Under the pieces are notes generated by a model. It saw nothing but the letters and a program-made list of their open reading frames with translations, did not search any database and was not told the DNA's origin. From Candidatus Marinacidobacterales bacterium (GTDB lineage Bacteria > Acidobacteriota > Vicinamibacteria > Marinacidobacterales > SMYC01), in assembly GCA_965237955.1 (NCBI GenBank), contig OZ250169.1, positions 7,360,001-7,424,000 of the forward strand: a DNA stretch of 64,000 nucleotides. The letters run 5' to 3'. Positions within the stretch are counted from its first letter, which is position 1. Each line of letters begins with the position of its first letter. Position numbers and translations under genes: made by a program. Shown here one piece after another: positions 40,926 through 52,934 of this stretch.

Positions 40926-41677
40926 CACCCGAAACGATAGAAAAGATGAACGCCATGAAGTTGTTCGGCTTGGTGTCCGCGTTCGAAACCCAGTTGAGCT
41001 CGAGCGAATACAAGGAGCTGAGCTTCGAGGAACGTGTGGGACTCCTGGTCGATGCCGAGTGGACCGCCCGCGAACAGCGTAAGCTTTCTCGACGACTGCG
41101 AGCGGCAAAGCTCCGCTATCCGGCATGTTTGGAGAACGTGAACTTCCAAGCGCCTCGAGGCTTAAACCGCGAACAGATCTTGAGCCTGGGCAACTGCCGC
41201 TTTGTCGGTGAGCGCCATAACCTGCTCATCACCAGCCCGACGGGGATTGGCAAATCGTTCTTGGCTTGCGCCTTCGTGGAGCGGGCCTGTCGTCGCGGCT
41301 TCACCGGATGCTACGTGCGAGCACCGCGCTTGCTCCACGAGCTCGCGGTCGCTCGTGGTGATGGTTCCTACGCCCGGCTTTTGACGAAACTCGCCAAGCT
41401 GGACTTACTGGCTATCGATGATTGGCTGCTTCACCCGCTGAAAGAATCGGAGAGACGGGATCTAATGGAGGTCATCGAAGACCGCGCCGAGCGTGGCTCC
41501 ACACTCATCGCGACCCAGATTCCGCTCAAGCAGTGGCACGAAGCGATTGGCGACCCAAACCAGGCAGACGCTATCTGCGATCGCATTCTCCACAGCGCGC
41601 ACCGCATCACTCTCAAAGGAGCTTCTCTGAGAAAGACCAAGGCTGCGCCAAAGGCATTTGACAACGCCGATGCATGA
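40919..41677 (+). CDS. istB: IS21 helper ATPase IstB
   Basis: SPTGIGKS, LLAIDDW, ADAICDRILHSAHRITLKGASLR. Confidence 0.92.
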   Translation: MLTPETIEKMNAMKLFGLVSAFETQLSSSEYKELSFEERVGLLVDAEWTAREQRKLSRRLRAAKLRYPACLENVNFQAPRGLNREQILSLGNCRFVGERHNLLITSPTGIGKSFLACAFVERACRRGFTGCYVRAPRLLHELAVARGDGSYARLLTKLAKLDLLAIDDWLLHPLKESERRDLMEVIEDRAERGSTLIATQIPLKQWHEAIGDPNQADAICDRILHSAHRITLKGASLRKTKAAPKAFDNADA

Positions 41678-42383
41678 GCGAGCGAGGGACCACAGCGTCG
41701 ATGCGATAAAAACGGGTGAAACCGCCAAACCCGGGGTACCAGACGATGCGGCGCCAAAACGACGCGCGAGAATGCCTCAGGAAGCGTCTTCTCGAGCCAG
41801 GCCATACCCCAGCAACCCCCCGAAACCAGCCCCACATCGCCCGGGGTTCGGCCGCGGCAGGTCGCTGCCTACGGGAGCGGGAAGGTCGCTTCGCATCTTT
41901 CCTTACGCCCGCTCCCTCCGGCACCGACCTGCCGCCCCTTGCTACACAACACGCAGGTAAGATAGGTTCACGTTTTCAATCAGTGGGAAGGAGGTCACCC
42001 AACACTTCATCGCTTCGATGAGCGTTCGGCTTCACCGGATTCGCTGTTCAGCTTGCTCTGGATTCGGCGTTCACGATGGCTGGAATACGCAGCAAGGAAG
42101 GCATCGTCACGCTACGCGCGATCATCGACGCCCAAGGCAATGTCGTGAACCTCTCAGTCGTGAAGTCGGTGGCTCTTCTCGACGAGGCCGCGATGAACGC
42201 CGTCAGCCAGTGGAAGTACGAGCCGACGCTACTCAACGGGCAGGCCGTTCCGATAGTGATGACGGTGCGAATTGGCTTCAAGTTGAGCTGATGATTTAGC
42301 CTCTCACCATGGTTGTCGTTTAAGATAGACCGCTTTTTCGCTAGGATGGCAATGTCAAAAAAGGTCAGCCAACATATCTTGAA

Positions 42384-43255
42384 ATGAAGATGAGAAGTGT
42401 GGGCCCGGCCTTATTGGCATGGTCATTTTCGGTTGTCGCCCTTTCCGCCGGCGCGCCCGAACCACTCCTTCCGGTGCGGGTCGATACGCCCCCAGGTCAT
42501 CGACGGAGTTCTGAACGACGAAGCCTGGACCGAAGCACCATTCGTCACCGGATTCAAGACCTGGCTACCCGACTTCGGCAAGGATATGACCGAGAGGACC
42601 GAAGCCTATTATGCCTATGACCGGGAAAACCTCTACTTCGCCTTCCGCTGCTTCGATCGTGAGCCGGGCAAGATAAAAACCTCGATTTCCAGCCGGGACA
42701 GTATCCGTTCTGATGATTGGATCGGCATCAACTTGGACTCGTTCAACGATCAGCAATCGGCCTTATGCGTTTTATATCAATCCCATGGGCATTCAGGAGG
42801 ACTCCCGTTTCGCCGCCGGATTCGAGGACACCGGTTTCGATGCCGTGTGGTACAGCGCCGGGACACTGGATGAGGAAGGGTTCAAGGTCGAGGTCAGGAT
42901 CCCTTTCAAGAGCATTCGGTATGCCAGCACCGATCGAGTAGAGATGGGGATCGTCTTCCAGCGCCACATAACCCGCTACTCGGCAAAGGGGACCTATCCG
43001 GCACTTGAATCCAGCCAGAGGTCCGCAACCCGATGCCTTTCAAACTCAAATGCATCCCATCATCTTCGAAGAGGTTGAACATTACACGCTCTTCGAGCTG
43101 CTGCCGGCAGTCACTCATAGCCAGAGAGACAATGCTGAAAGAGGAAGATCTGGTCGATGCCGAGAACCGAACCGACGTCAGCTTGACGGTCAAGTACGGT
43201 ATAACTTCGGATTTGATCTTGGACGGTACGGTGAACCCCGATTTCAGCCCGTCGG
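42384..43255 (+). pseudogene. CBM9-like/DUF5916 protein, multiply frameshifted and truncated
   Basis: IDGVLNDEAW..TEAYYAYDRENLYFAFRCFD; EVRIPFKSIRY; KYGITSDLILDGTVNPDFS, spread over different frames. Confidence 0.8.
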
Positions 43256-43325
43256 GGGCTTTTCTTCAAAGCGTCCTACTTTTGGCGGATGTAATCCAAT
43301 CCGTTCTGCCTGGTGATTGGACTAA

Positions 43326-45259
43326 GGGCCGGCGACAAAATAAGTTCCCGTTTTCAAGACGGTCGGATGGTGTAGTTCCATTTGGGTAGAGTCTGGTCCT
43401 TTGTAACGGAAAGCGCCTGCATCCGCTCGTCAGTGATTTTGACGCCCTTCGGATAACGACGCCGGATAAGGTGTGCGCGTACTCGCAAACCGGAAGAGGT
43501 GGTGGTCGTGCGGATGTATTTGAGGATGGTTTCGTAGCTGTCGAGAGGCCTGCCCGCCCAGTTCTTGCTGATCTCGCTGAACAGACGGTGCTCCACTGGA
43601 TTCCACTTGGATGTACCGGACGGATAGTGGGCTATGGTGATAGCGATGTCGTGGCGATTGCAAATCCGCGTTTGAAGCCCGTGCTTCCAACCCCGACACC
43701 GATAGCCATTGCTGCCCCCGGCGTCTGCCAATATCGCGAGGTCACGGGCTGCAGGATAGCGTCGCCGTCCTTCCGTTCGCCACCACTTCTCGATGGCATT
43801 CACGGCGAAGTCCGGGGTGTTGTACGAGGTACCAATGAACACTGTCCCGCGGTTCGCGAGCAGATCGTAGACGCCGTAGGGGATTGCGATGCCGTTCGAT
43901 TCGGAACGGAAGTCATGGTCTTTGACGAGAGTCGGCTCGCGGTTCCAGGCCTGCCCGCCGTTTTTGAATAATCCCACCAGCTCCCGTTTCTTCGTGTCTA
44001 CGCTGATGATGGGATGACCAGCTGCGGCAAAACGCTCGCGCAGTTCGGCGATACACGCGAATTGGGTATCGCGATCTTCGGACGTGGCACCGCACAGCTT
44101 CTTGTGGTTCACCCGCAACGAGAAGCCGAGCTGTTTGAGCAGTCGACCGACGGTTTTGCTGCTGACGTTCACACCAAGGCTTCTTAGCTCGCAAGCAATC
44201 TTGTCGGTGGTCCGCCGCGTCCATTTCACTCCCGTCATCGGATCGCCCGCGGTGTCGTGCTTCATGAGTTCTTCGATCTTGGCGATGACTTCTGGCGTTT
44301 TTTTTGCACGGCGCGCCGTCCGCCACCCTTTCGCCGAACTCCGTCGAGCTCAACATCTCTCATTAGTAATTCCCTACGACCTCTGGCTACCGTGCTCGGA
44401 TCCATCCCGAGCAGTTCGGCAATCTGTTGGTCGCCACCGTGACCGAGCTTCATGGCCTCGACCCCCGCGTAGAGACGGCGCTGCTTTTCATCGAGCAGGC
44501 TGTAGAAAAGAACGATCGCAGCCTTCAACTCCACGGGGAGCACGCGGACTCCCCCGACCCAGCCCAACGTGGAAGGTGACGCCTCATGTACCTGGCGGGC
44601 CGAGAGCTGTTGCTTGCGCGTGCTCACATCGGTGGCCAGATACAGATATCGGCCGAACACCTGCTCGCGCGCCAATCTTTTCTCTCGGACCAGTTTCAAC
44701 AGAGGAGCCTTGACGTCAACCTGCACCTCGTCCTCGAGCTCGTCGACGTAGTAGCCTGCCTCACAGGCCGCGACCAACGCTTTTACCGTCGCAAGCAACG
44801 TGGAAGCAACCCGTACTTCGAGAACCACACTGAGCGCAACGACCAAAGACCTTTTCGATCGAACTGGGCGATCTCGTCCAACGTGTAGTAGCTACCACGG
44901 TGGGAGTAGCTTGTCCGATACGCCAACTCATTGAGCTTTCGGAAGACGGTCGAGTCCACATCGGTACCCAACACTGCCTTCAAATCATCGAGGGTAGCTA
45001 TTTTGTGCTTCCTCAACAGGCGGTCGAGATCTTCAGACTGATAGCTCGTAGGTCTCATAATAGGAGAAGTGCTCCTTGATAGGCGTAATCCTCCCTAAAA
45101 TGAGGACCGTTTGTCAAACACGCGCTGGTTGCTGAAGATCTACAAATGTTCCGTTTCTAGGGAGCTTGCCAGGCTCTCGTGATGCCAGACGACATCGCGA
45201 TCACGACCTGAAACAGGAAGAGTGTGCTCAAAACTAGACAGTTATTTTGTCGGCGGCCC
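43326..45259 (-). mobile_element. ISAzo13-family IS, copy 2 (orfA broken by 8-bp insertion)
   Basis: Same IRs as copy 1; TAA on both flanks; extra GGAAGCAA near 44802. Confidence 0.92.
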
Positions 45260-45309
45260 TAAGGGGGAGCGCGCTCGACGAGCTGATCCCGGAGCGATGG
45301 CCGTTCGGG

Positions 45310-45954
45310 TCAGCTCACTGGCTGGCGCTCGACAAAGCCGTCGTAGAGCCTGCTCGGGTAGCCTTCGGCGTCGAGTGTCCCCCCATCTATCGCGAGGACG
45401 CCCTGATGCAGACGGTCCGCACCAAGCGTGTCATCGACGTAGAAGATTTGCTTGAAAGGTTGGCTCGTGGTTGGAAAAGACGGGCAGCGTTGGCAGATTA
45501 GTGTGAGGTACGTTCCCTCGACGCGAGTGACCCTGACGTCCTCACCTGCGAGCTTCGCGACGCTTTCTTCGCCGAGACGGGCGTCGCGGGTTAACTCCCG
45601 AACCCTAAACACCCCCGAGCACGTGAAATTGTCATAGGTCTCCTGGTACACGCTGATCTCCGACCCTAAGATTGTAAAAGCCTGCCGGAGCGAGCCGTTG
45701 GGTGCGGCTGGCGTCCCTAAGTTGCATCCAGAGATCCAGACGCCATCGAGCGATACCGTCGCTCCCGACGCGGTAGGCATCGCCAGGCTCGGGCCCGGAG
45801 CCGGAGCCGGAGCCGAGGGAGATGCTGGCGCAAATGGTAAGCGGGGGAAATCGCTAGCTTGTCGTCGCCCGAGTTTCGTGTCGATGCAGGCCGCAAGGGC
45901 CAGGATTTCGATCAGCGCCACCGCGAACGCGGTCGCTCTTGTCCATTTCGCCAT
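45310..45954 (-). CDS. Hypothetical lipoprotein
   Basis: GGAG RBS, MAKWTRATAFAVALIEILALAAC lipobox, PAPAPGP linker, SLDGVWISGC. Confidence 0.55.
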   Translation of the reverse strand: MAKWTRATAFAVALIEILALAACIDTKLGRRQASDFPRLPFAPASPSAPAPAPGPSLAMPTASGATVSLDGVWISGCNLGTPAAPNGSLRQAFTILGSEISVYQETYDNFTCSGVFRVRELTRDARLGEESVAKLAGEDVRVTRVEGTYLTLICQRCPSFPTTSQPFKQIFYVDDTLGADRLHQGVLAIDGGTLDAEGYPSRLYDGFVERQPVS

Positions 45955-45970
45955 TTCATATTCTCCCGAG

Positions 45971-47065
45971 CTGCTTGATCTTTCTGAACCCCACATTTCT
46001 TGGTATACGGATTCTACATCGAATCTCGGTCCGCTGCTGCAGACGGTCGTTGTCGCGGTGGTCGCCATTGTGATGCTCGCAGCGGCTCGCTGGCTCCTGG
46101 AAAAGCGCGTCTCGCGGCAGACCGAGGGCGCCTTTCGCATTCAAATCATCATGCTGGCGCTTACCGTGGCAGCCGTCGTCGGCGGGATTCTTGCGCTTCC
46201 GATCTCGGACACGACTCGCGCACAGCTTCTCAGCTTGCTCGGGATCCTTCTCTCGGCAGCGATCGCTCTGTCGTCGACCACGTTCCTCGGGAACATCATG
46301 GCGGGCATGATGTTGCGTGCCGTACGTCCATTCAAGGGCGGCGACTTCATACGGATCGGCGAGCACTTCGGCCGGGTGTCGGAGAGAGAGCTGTTTCATA
46401 TCGAGATCCAGACGGCCGACCGGGATCTGACGACGCTCCCCAATCTCTACGTCGTGACCAACCCCTTCACCGTCGTGCGCAAGTCGGGCACCATCGTCTC
46501 GACGAGGCTTTCACTCGGCTACGACGTTCCCCGGACCCGCGTCGAAGATCTTCTTCTCGAGGCGGCGAGCCGTGCGGGCCTCGACAAGCCCTTCGTGCAG
46601 ATCGTGGAGCTCGGCGATTTTTCAGTGACCTACCGGATCGCCGGCCTGTGTACCGAAGTCGACCAGATGCTCTCCACGCGTTCCCGACTCCGGGCGAGCG
46701 TCATGGACGTGCTTCATGAAGGCGACGTCGAGATCGTTTCGCCGGAGTTCAGGAACCTGCGCAACCTCGAGTCAGACCGGGCCATCATTCCCGAGGCGGC
46801 CGCACGGTCACGAGCGCGCGAGAGCGAAGGCGATGGACCCGAGGCTATTGTCTTCGACAAAGCGGCTCAGGCCGCGGCGTTCGAGGCGATCCGAAAGCAA
46901 TTCGCAGAGATGGGGAAAGCGATCGAGACGCTGAAGGTCGAGCTCAAGACCGCGCAGGAGCCGACCAAGGCCAAACTCGAGCGTCGTCTCGAGCGACTCG
47001 AAGCGGGACGTGCTCGACTCACCGAGTACCTCGCGACCGCAGCCGAACTGGACGACGAAGACTGA
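45971..47065 (+). CDS. MscS-family mechanosensitive channel (start uncertain)
   Basis: 3 TMs, LGNIMAGMML..RPFKGGDFIRIGEHFGRV..TTLPN, LGYDV, C-terminal coiled coil. Confidence 0.88.
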   Translation: MLDLSEPHISWYTDSTSNLGPLLQTVVVAVVAIVMLAAARWLLEKRVSRQTEGAFRIQIIMLALTVAAVVGGILALPISDTTRAQLLSLLGILLSAAIALSSTTFLGNIMAGMMLRAVRPFKGGDFIRIGEHFGRVSERELFHIEIQTADRDLTTLPNLYVVTNPFTVVRKSGTIVSTRLSLGYDVPRTRVEDLLLEAASRAGLDKPFVQIVELGDFSVTYRIAGLCTEVDQMLSTRSRLRASVMDVLHEGDVEIVSPEFRNLRNLESDRAIIPEAAARSRARESEGDGPEAIVFDKAAQAAAFEAIRKQFAEMGKAIETLKVELKTAQEPTKAKLERRLERLEAGRARLTEYLATAAELDDED

Positions 47066-48871
47066 ACGCGATTTGGGCGCCAGGGTTCTGACATATCGAG
47101 CGCGCCCACGGGCTCAGGTGAAAAAGAACAAAAAGCGAACACCTTGCCCGGGCGAGATTCCCGTCGAAAACTATCCATGTCGAACAGGAAAAACGGGCGT
47201 CAGTCCAGCAAGCCGCCGCCGAGGGTCACCACGCCACCACTAATCGCCCTACTCGAATGGACACTCCTCGTGTGTCTCGAACCCACGAAACACACTTGAC
47301 CAACTTCGCACCGCCGGCGGCGGAGCGTGATTTCCCGTGGAGATGCTCACCGAAGGGTCTAATATCCATATCGTAGGAGAAACTCCCGCCCAGCTCGCAA
47401 CCCGACGAGATACAAAATGCCTATTAGTCCTGCTCCTCGAGTGTCGCTGCCCTACACTCCGTTGTCGCCACCGTACATCATCCGAATCGGCTTGGTACAA
47501 GTTAGGGTGCCGAAGCACTGATTCGGCAGCGCTCTAAACGGCGTTGCGCTGCAAAGAGATACAACCGGCTGCAAACCAATTGCTAACAGGCTTTCACCCG
47601 AATCGATGAAGTCCAGCCGGTCCTGGTCCGCTAACGGAAAAACGCGGGCCCTTAACAGTACCGAAACATCACTGGGTTCACCCGTCATTTCAGGCGATTA
47701 GTTTCTGCCGGTCTAACGTCCTTGAGACTCGCACTTTGACTGCTGTCCCGGACGACAAGAGTTGCAGACTCGGGGACGAGTTTGGGCTCGGCTACAGTCT
47801 TTTACTGCAACACGATACGGACACACTTTCGCTCGAAACAGGTCAATTGGGTTCTGTAGCTTAGTTGGAAATCAGACAAGTTAGTAGAGCGGACCTTATC
47901 TTCATCCTGGAAGGAAGAGCGAAAAGTGCTCGTGTTTCCGAATGAATAGCGCAATCGAAGCTGCCGGAACCCGCTCAAGAGCGAGCAGAAACCAAGGTCG
48001 AAAAACGGCAGCTGGTTTGGGTGGGGTTTCGGCCAGGTTCGCCGAAATCCTGCTTCTGGCCGGCTTGCAAACAATTATCATTCAATAACATACGGCCAGT
48101 CGGATTGAAATACGCCGGGGAGTTTTCGGCCCGAATCGAAGGAACGTAAGGTCGTCAGAGAGGGCGAACGTCGACCGGAAACCTGCCGAAATTGCAGGTC
48201 AAAATGTCGCTCGGAATCGGCCCCTCATTTCTGCGCTTTTCGCCAACGAGATCGTCCTGGTCGCGTGGCGAGCTCTCGTCTGTTAGCGCGATTCCCTCGC
48301 GATTTCCGAACGGGGGTGTCATGTCGCTACAGAGGCTCTGTAATTAGTGACACGCTCGCGCGTCTCAGCCCCGGGTTGGCTTAGCGGAATCTCGACAAAA
48401 TTCCTGTCGAAACCAGGGAGGGCCCTTCGGGTCCTTGCGCCGGGAGCATGTTTAGAGTATAGGTTTCGAGATTGGGGAAGCCGAAAATGGGAATCCAGAG
48501 AAAAGTAATACCTGTCATTCTTGCCCTAGTTACACCTTTGCTCTCTGCGAGTCAGTGCGAGCTTACCGACATCAAACCCACGGAACCTGATGTGCAACTA
48601 ACTGCCGCGCCCGTCTCTATTGAGACAGGTCAGTCTACGACGTTATCTTGGAATTCTGACGTGAGTTCACATATCTCTATTTCGCCGGACGTTGGCGTGG
48701 TATTCCGAGAAATGGTCGGTACTGTTAGCGGCGGGCGTAAATTGCACACTTATGGCGGACGAAAATTGCACACTCGGCCATCCGTAAAAGGAGGCCGTTG
48801 TCGTGTGTCTGGAGTGCCAGACATGACGGCGCGCCTTCAATCAGAATGGCGTTTCCGGAGTGGAGGCGCCG

Positions 48872-49916
48872 ATGTACGGAAGGGAGAAACGAGTGTTACT
48901 ACGAGAGTATTTGGAGCAGGGAATCAAGAAGGTCGGCGCTAGCAGACAAGCTAGGAATCAGCCGCCGAACGGTCCACCACTGGATAAAGACGGGTCAACT
49001 GGACCGAGAGTTGGACGAGGAAACGGTGCGCTACAAGAAGCGTCCGCGGATCGAGCGCAGGATCGACCCGTACCGGGAGATCCTTCATTCGCGCCTGCAC
49101 GAGTTCCCGGAGCTGAGTTCAGTACGCCTGCATGATGAGATCCGTGCCGCGGGCTATGAAGGCGGCTACACGCAGGTCAAGGAGTACGTGCGGCAGATTC
49201 GCCCACAGCCACCGGCGGAGCCGCTGGTGCGTTTCGAGACCCCACCAGGCCACCAAGCTCAGGTCGATTTTGCACACTTTCGTTTGCCATGGGGTCGTCG
49301 GTGGGCACTTCTCGTGGTGCTCGGATACTCGAGGCTGCTATGGCTTCGGTTTTTCAAGCGACAGGACATGCGGACGTTGTTCGCGGGGCTTGAGCAGGCC
49401 TTCCTATTTTTTGGAGGAGTTCCCAAAGAGCTCCTTTTTGACCAGATGCGTTCGGTCATCGTCGAGGATCACCGCCGGGAAGGTGGCCCTCTCGTTGAGA
49501 ACCCAGAGTTCGTCCGCTTCGCCCACCACTGGGAGTTTCGAACAAGAGCGTGTCGCCCGTATCGGGCGAAGACCAAGGGCAAAGTGGAAAGGCCAATCCG
49601 CTATGTGAGAGGAAGCTTCTTCTACGGTCGCCACTTTATCAACGATGACGACCTCGATGCTCAGCTCGAGCGTTGGCTGAGTGACGTCGCCAACGTCCGA
49701 CTCCATCGCACAACCAACGAACGACCGATAGAACGATTCGCGCGCGATGAAAGGGCCACTCTGAGACCGCTCGTTGAGCGGCCATATCGCTCTCTTGTAC
49801 TGCCAAACCAACCCGCGAGAAGAACTCCAAAAGCCTACTTAACCACACTGCCTTCGATGGATGTCGAGCATCGTCCCCTCGAAGTCTACACGCGGCTCGT
49901 TGGAGGTGGACAATGA
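48872..49916 (+). pseudogene. istA: IstA with a 1-bp frameshift near 48930
   Basis: MYGREKRVLLREYLEQG then ..RFETPPGHQAQVDF, LFDQMR, CRPYRAKTKGKVER. Confidence 0.85.
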
Positions 49917-50740
49917 AGGCGAGCACAATATCGCGACGTGAGCAGATCCGTACGATGCTGGCCGACCTAAAGATACCTGGCGCGCTCGAAGCTGTCGACC
50001 GCGTACTATCTGATGCCGATGGCGGTGCGGTCACAACGGCGGAGGCCATCGAGAACCTTCTTGGAGCGCAGATCACGTTGAGAAACAACCGTCGTCTCCA
50101 AGCGGCGATGCGCTCCTCACGACTCCCCGCGGTCAAAACAATCGATGAGTTCGATTTTTCGTTCCAGCCATCGATCAAACGCGAGCAGATTGAGAACCTT
50201 CACGAGCTCGGGTTCGTTGAACGTAAGGAGAACGTCGTCTTATTGGGACCTCCTGGTGTGGGCAAAACTCATCTTGCCATCGCCGCTACCCAGAATGGAC
50301 GGCGCGTCTATTACGGCACCCTGGCTGAGCTCATCACCTCCCTCGAAGAGGCTCGTGACGCGGGCCGCCTCACTCGTCGACTCGCGGTTCTCAGTTATCC
50401 GTCACTGCTTGTTGTCGATGAAATCGGATACCTACCCGTCACCCAGACCGGCGCGGTGCTTTTTTTCCAGCTCATAAGTAGGCGATACGAGCGCGCTTCG
50501 ACCGTGCTCACCTCTAACAAAAGTTTCGAGGAATGGGGCGAGATCCTTGGCGACGAAGTCATGGCCGCCGCTCTCATCGACCGCATTCTGCACCACTGCC
50601 ACCTCGTCAACATCCGAGGAAACAGTTACCGCATGAGAGAGCACTCCGAACTGTGGCGAGCGCTCCATCCGGCGGGTTCGGACGAACCTCACCCGCCGGC
50701 TAAATCTCATAGGAAATACACGGAGGCGACGGCGTCATAG
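49913..50740 (+). CDS. istB: IstB ATPase
   Basis: GPPGVGKT, LVVDEIGY, LTSNKSF, AALIDRILHH..GNSYR. Confidence 0.92.
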   Translation: MKASTISRREQIRTMLADLKIPGALEAVDRVLSDADGGAVTTAEAIENLLGAQITLRNNRRLQAAMRSSRLPAVKTIDEFDFSFQPSIKREQIENLHELGFVERKENVVLLGPPGVGKTHLAIAATQNGRRVYYGTLAELITSLEEARDAGRLTRRLAVLSYPSLLVVDEIGYLPVTQTGAVLFFQLISRRYERASTVLTSNKSFEEWGEILGDEVMAAALIDRILHHCHLVNIRGNSYRMREHSELWRALHPAGSDEPHPPAKSHRKYTEATAS

Positions 50741-51299
50741 GGTTCGCCACCCATGGCTCGGGTGTGCAATTTTCATCCGCCATGAATGCGCAGTTTTCGG
50801 CCGGCGTTGACAGGTACTCCTACAATCGGCTCAAGGAGTGGTAGCGTTCAACTACAACCCGTTGAAACGGTTACCTATGTCGCGACAGCATGGAACGCAG
50901 GGGCAGAATCTACCGACAGTGTGACTGTGACAGTCACTAATTCCCCGACCACACCAGGAACTACCACGTTGGTCGGTTCGTTCAGTTTTGACAACTTCGG
51001 AGAGGAGCCTTACGTTCAGACAGTCAGGTTCACTGGCAATCTGGTCTCCTCATCGGGGAACACCGGGGATTCCCAATTCTCCATATCGACAATGAACTTG
51101 GTGCAGCCCGGTGCTCTTGGCTTAGTATCTTTCACCAAGTCAGGACTCCAACCCGGAAGCTGGACTATTAACGCCGTTCCAGAAGGAGTCGCGGGGCCGA
51201 TACAATGCCTAATCGTTCGCGTTCCCGGAGTGATCCGTCTCAGCGTCGCAGAGTGGTTGCCCGAGTGCGGCGGCTAGACTTCGGTTTCGCCATCTACGG

Positions 51300-51466
51300 C
51301 TAGTCCCCTGGAACAGAGGTTCGTGGCCTAAAGCTCGACGCCATTTTGTGGGCTGGCGAGGCGTGACGACGAAGTCATATTGGAATATTTTCGAGGAGGA
51401 ACAACGAAGCCAGCGCGCAAAAAGGGCCCGAGATTTAGGCTACGAACCTCTGTTCCGGGGGACTAG
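51300..51466. mobile_element. 167-bp palindromic MITE type 2 (IS630-related)
   Basis: ~38-bp terminal IR CTAGTCCCC(T/C)GGAACAGAGGTTCGT(G/A)GCCTAAA; shares its CTAG with the adjacent IS630. Confidence 0.82.
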
Positions 51467-52651
51467 TCCCCCGGATCTTTAATTACTGTCCAAATTCGAT
51501 TTGTCATGTGTATCGAGCGTTCGCTGGGCGAACCGAGCGATGGTTTCGAGGATTTGGTCGGCGGATTTCGTCCACTTGAACGGCTTTGGGTTCTCGTTGT
51601 GAGCATCGAGATAGTCTTGTATCGCAACGCGGAGCTGAGGCACGCTCGTGTGCGAGCCTCGTCGCAAGGCGTGTTCGGTGAGCAAGCCAAAGAAGCGCTC
51701 AGCGAAGTTGAGCCAAGAGGCGTGTGTCGGTGTGAAGTGAAAGTGGAACCGAGGTCGCTTGGAAAGCCAGCGTTTGATCGCCGGTGTCTTGTGCGTGGCG
51801 AGATTGTCGAGCACGACGTGGATGTCCAACTCGCTGGGAACGGCTGCTTCGATCTCAGCGAGGAACTTCTTGAACTCTAGCGCTCGATGTCGCGCGTAGC
51901 ACTTTCCGAAGACTTCACCTGTTGCGGCGTCGAGTGCGGCAAACAGGTCAGTCGTTCCATGCCGAATGTAGTCGTGGGTTTGTCGCTCGGGCTGGCCCAA
52001 GCTCATGGGCAGGACAGGTTGAGCACGCTCGAGCGCTTGAATCTGCGATTTCTCGTCGACGCACAGGACGACCGCGTTATCCGGTGGGTTCATATACAGG
52101 CCAACAACGTCGCGTACTTTTTCGACCAGTTGTGGGTCTTGCGAGAGACGAAACGATTCCGAGCGGTGCGGTTGAAGCCCGAACGTTCGCCAAATACGTC
52201 CAATCGTCGAATGACTCAGCCCAAGATGCTTGGCCATCGAGCGCGTACTCCAATGGGTTCTCCCCTTTGGAGTCGTCTCCAGCGTCTTGGTCACGACTTC
52301 CTCGATCTGGTCATCGCCGATTTTGCGAGCCGCTCCCGGCCGAGGTTCGTCGTACAACCCTTCCATTCGTTGTTCTACAAAGCGTCTTCGCCACTTGCCC
52401 ACCGTGCTCCTCATGGTGTGCATCTTCCTAGCAACTTCCATATTCGTCAGACCCGCCGCGCAATCCAGCACGATCTTCGCTCGGAAGGCTTGGTGCGGCG
52501 AACTACGGCTGCGTCGCGCCAGTCGCGTCAGCGCTTCGCTTTCTTGAGACGACAGCTTCAATTCGGCTTTTCGCCGGCCCTTGTGTTTCATGCATTTAGC
52601 AGATCACAGAAGGGCCGGTGTTGTCTAGCTTTTTCTGTTCCATGGGACTAG
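51463..52651 (-). mobile_element. IS630-family element
   Basis: CTAGTCCC...GGGACTAG ends. Confidence 0.93.
51479..52591 (-). CDS. IS630 transposase, intact
   Basis: [61 protein letters not shown]. Confidence 0.95.
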   Translation of the reverse strand: MKHKGRRKAELKLSSQESEALTRLARRSRSSPHQAFRAKIVLDCAAGLTNMEVARKMHTMRSTVGKWRRRFVEQRMEGLYDEPRPGAARKIGDDQIEEVVTKTLETTPKGRTHWSTRSMAKHLGLSHSTIGRIWRTFGLQPHRSESFRLSQDPQLVEKVRDVVGLYMNPPDNAVVLCVDEKSQIQALERAQPVLPMSLGQPERQTHDYIRHGTTDLFAALDAATGEVFGKCYARHRALEFKKFLAEIEAAVPSELDIHVVLDNLATHKTPAIKRWLSKRPRFHFHFTPTHASWLNFAERFFGLLTEHALRRGSHTSVPQLRVAIQDYLDAHNENPKPFKWTKSADQILETIARFAQRTLDTHDKSNLDSN

Positions 52652-52934
52652 CGGTGAAGCGCCATAGCATCCTGACCACGTGCCACTGGCGAATTGCCAA
52701 TCTTTTACCTTAAGAGCGACGATAGCTCCAAGGGAGGCTTCCCGCCCGAATTTCGTCTACATGGGTGTTGGCGTAGAGGGCAAGGGGGGGTACTTTCGAG
52801 TGAACGAACGGATTTCGTTCATTCCCCGATGACCTCCGCCCACACGGGCGGTGCCATTGCTGTCAAGTTGGGAGCGCGGACCACAAGATATGGGCGTTGC
52901 TACACCTAACCTGACCACACCATATTGTGGTACC

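Larger units (their letters stand above)
39148..42091 (+). mobile_element. IS21-family element type A, full length
   Basis: TGCGTATTCC..CATCGTGAACG / CGTTCACGATG..GGAATACGCA ends; 6-bp DR GCAAGG; several ~22-bp subterminal repeats. Confidence 0.95.
38592..42290 (+). pseudogene. TonB-family energy transducer split by IS21 (38592-39147 and 42098-42290); 5' part degraded
   Basis: Removing the IS restores PIYPAIARQARK-EGIVTLRAIIDAQGNV..LDEAAMNAVSQWKYEPTLLNG. Confidence 0.85.
48723..50812 (+). mobile_element. IS21-family element type B, full length
   Basis: TGTTAGCG...CGTTGACA ends, AAATTGCACAC subterminal repeats, 5-bp DR GGTAC. Confidence 0.95.
48487..51277 (+). pseudogene. Secreted Ig-like lipoprotein split by IS21 type B (48487-48722 and 50818-51277)
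   Basis: LLSASQC; SIETGQSTTLSWNS..ISISPDVG; removing the IS restores EMVG-TPTIGSRSGSVQLQPVETVTY. Confidence 0.75.
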
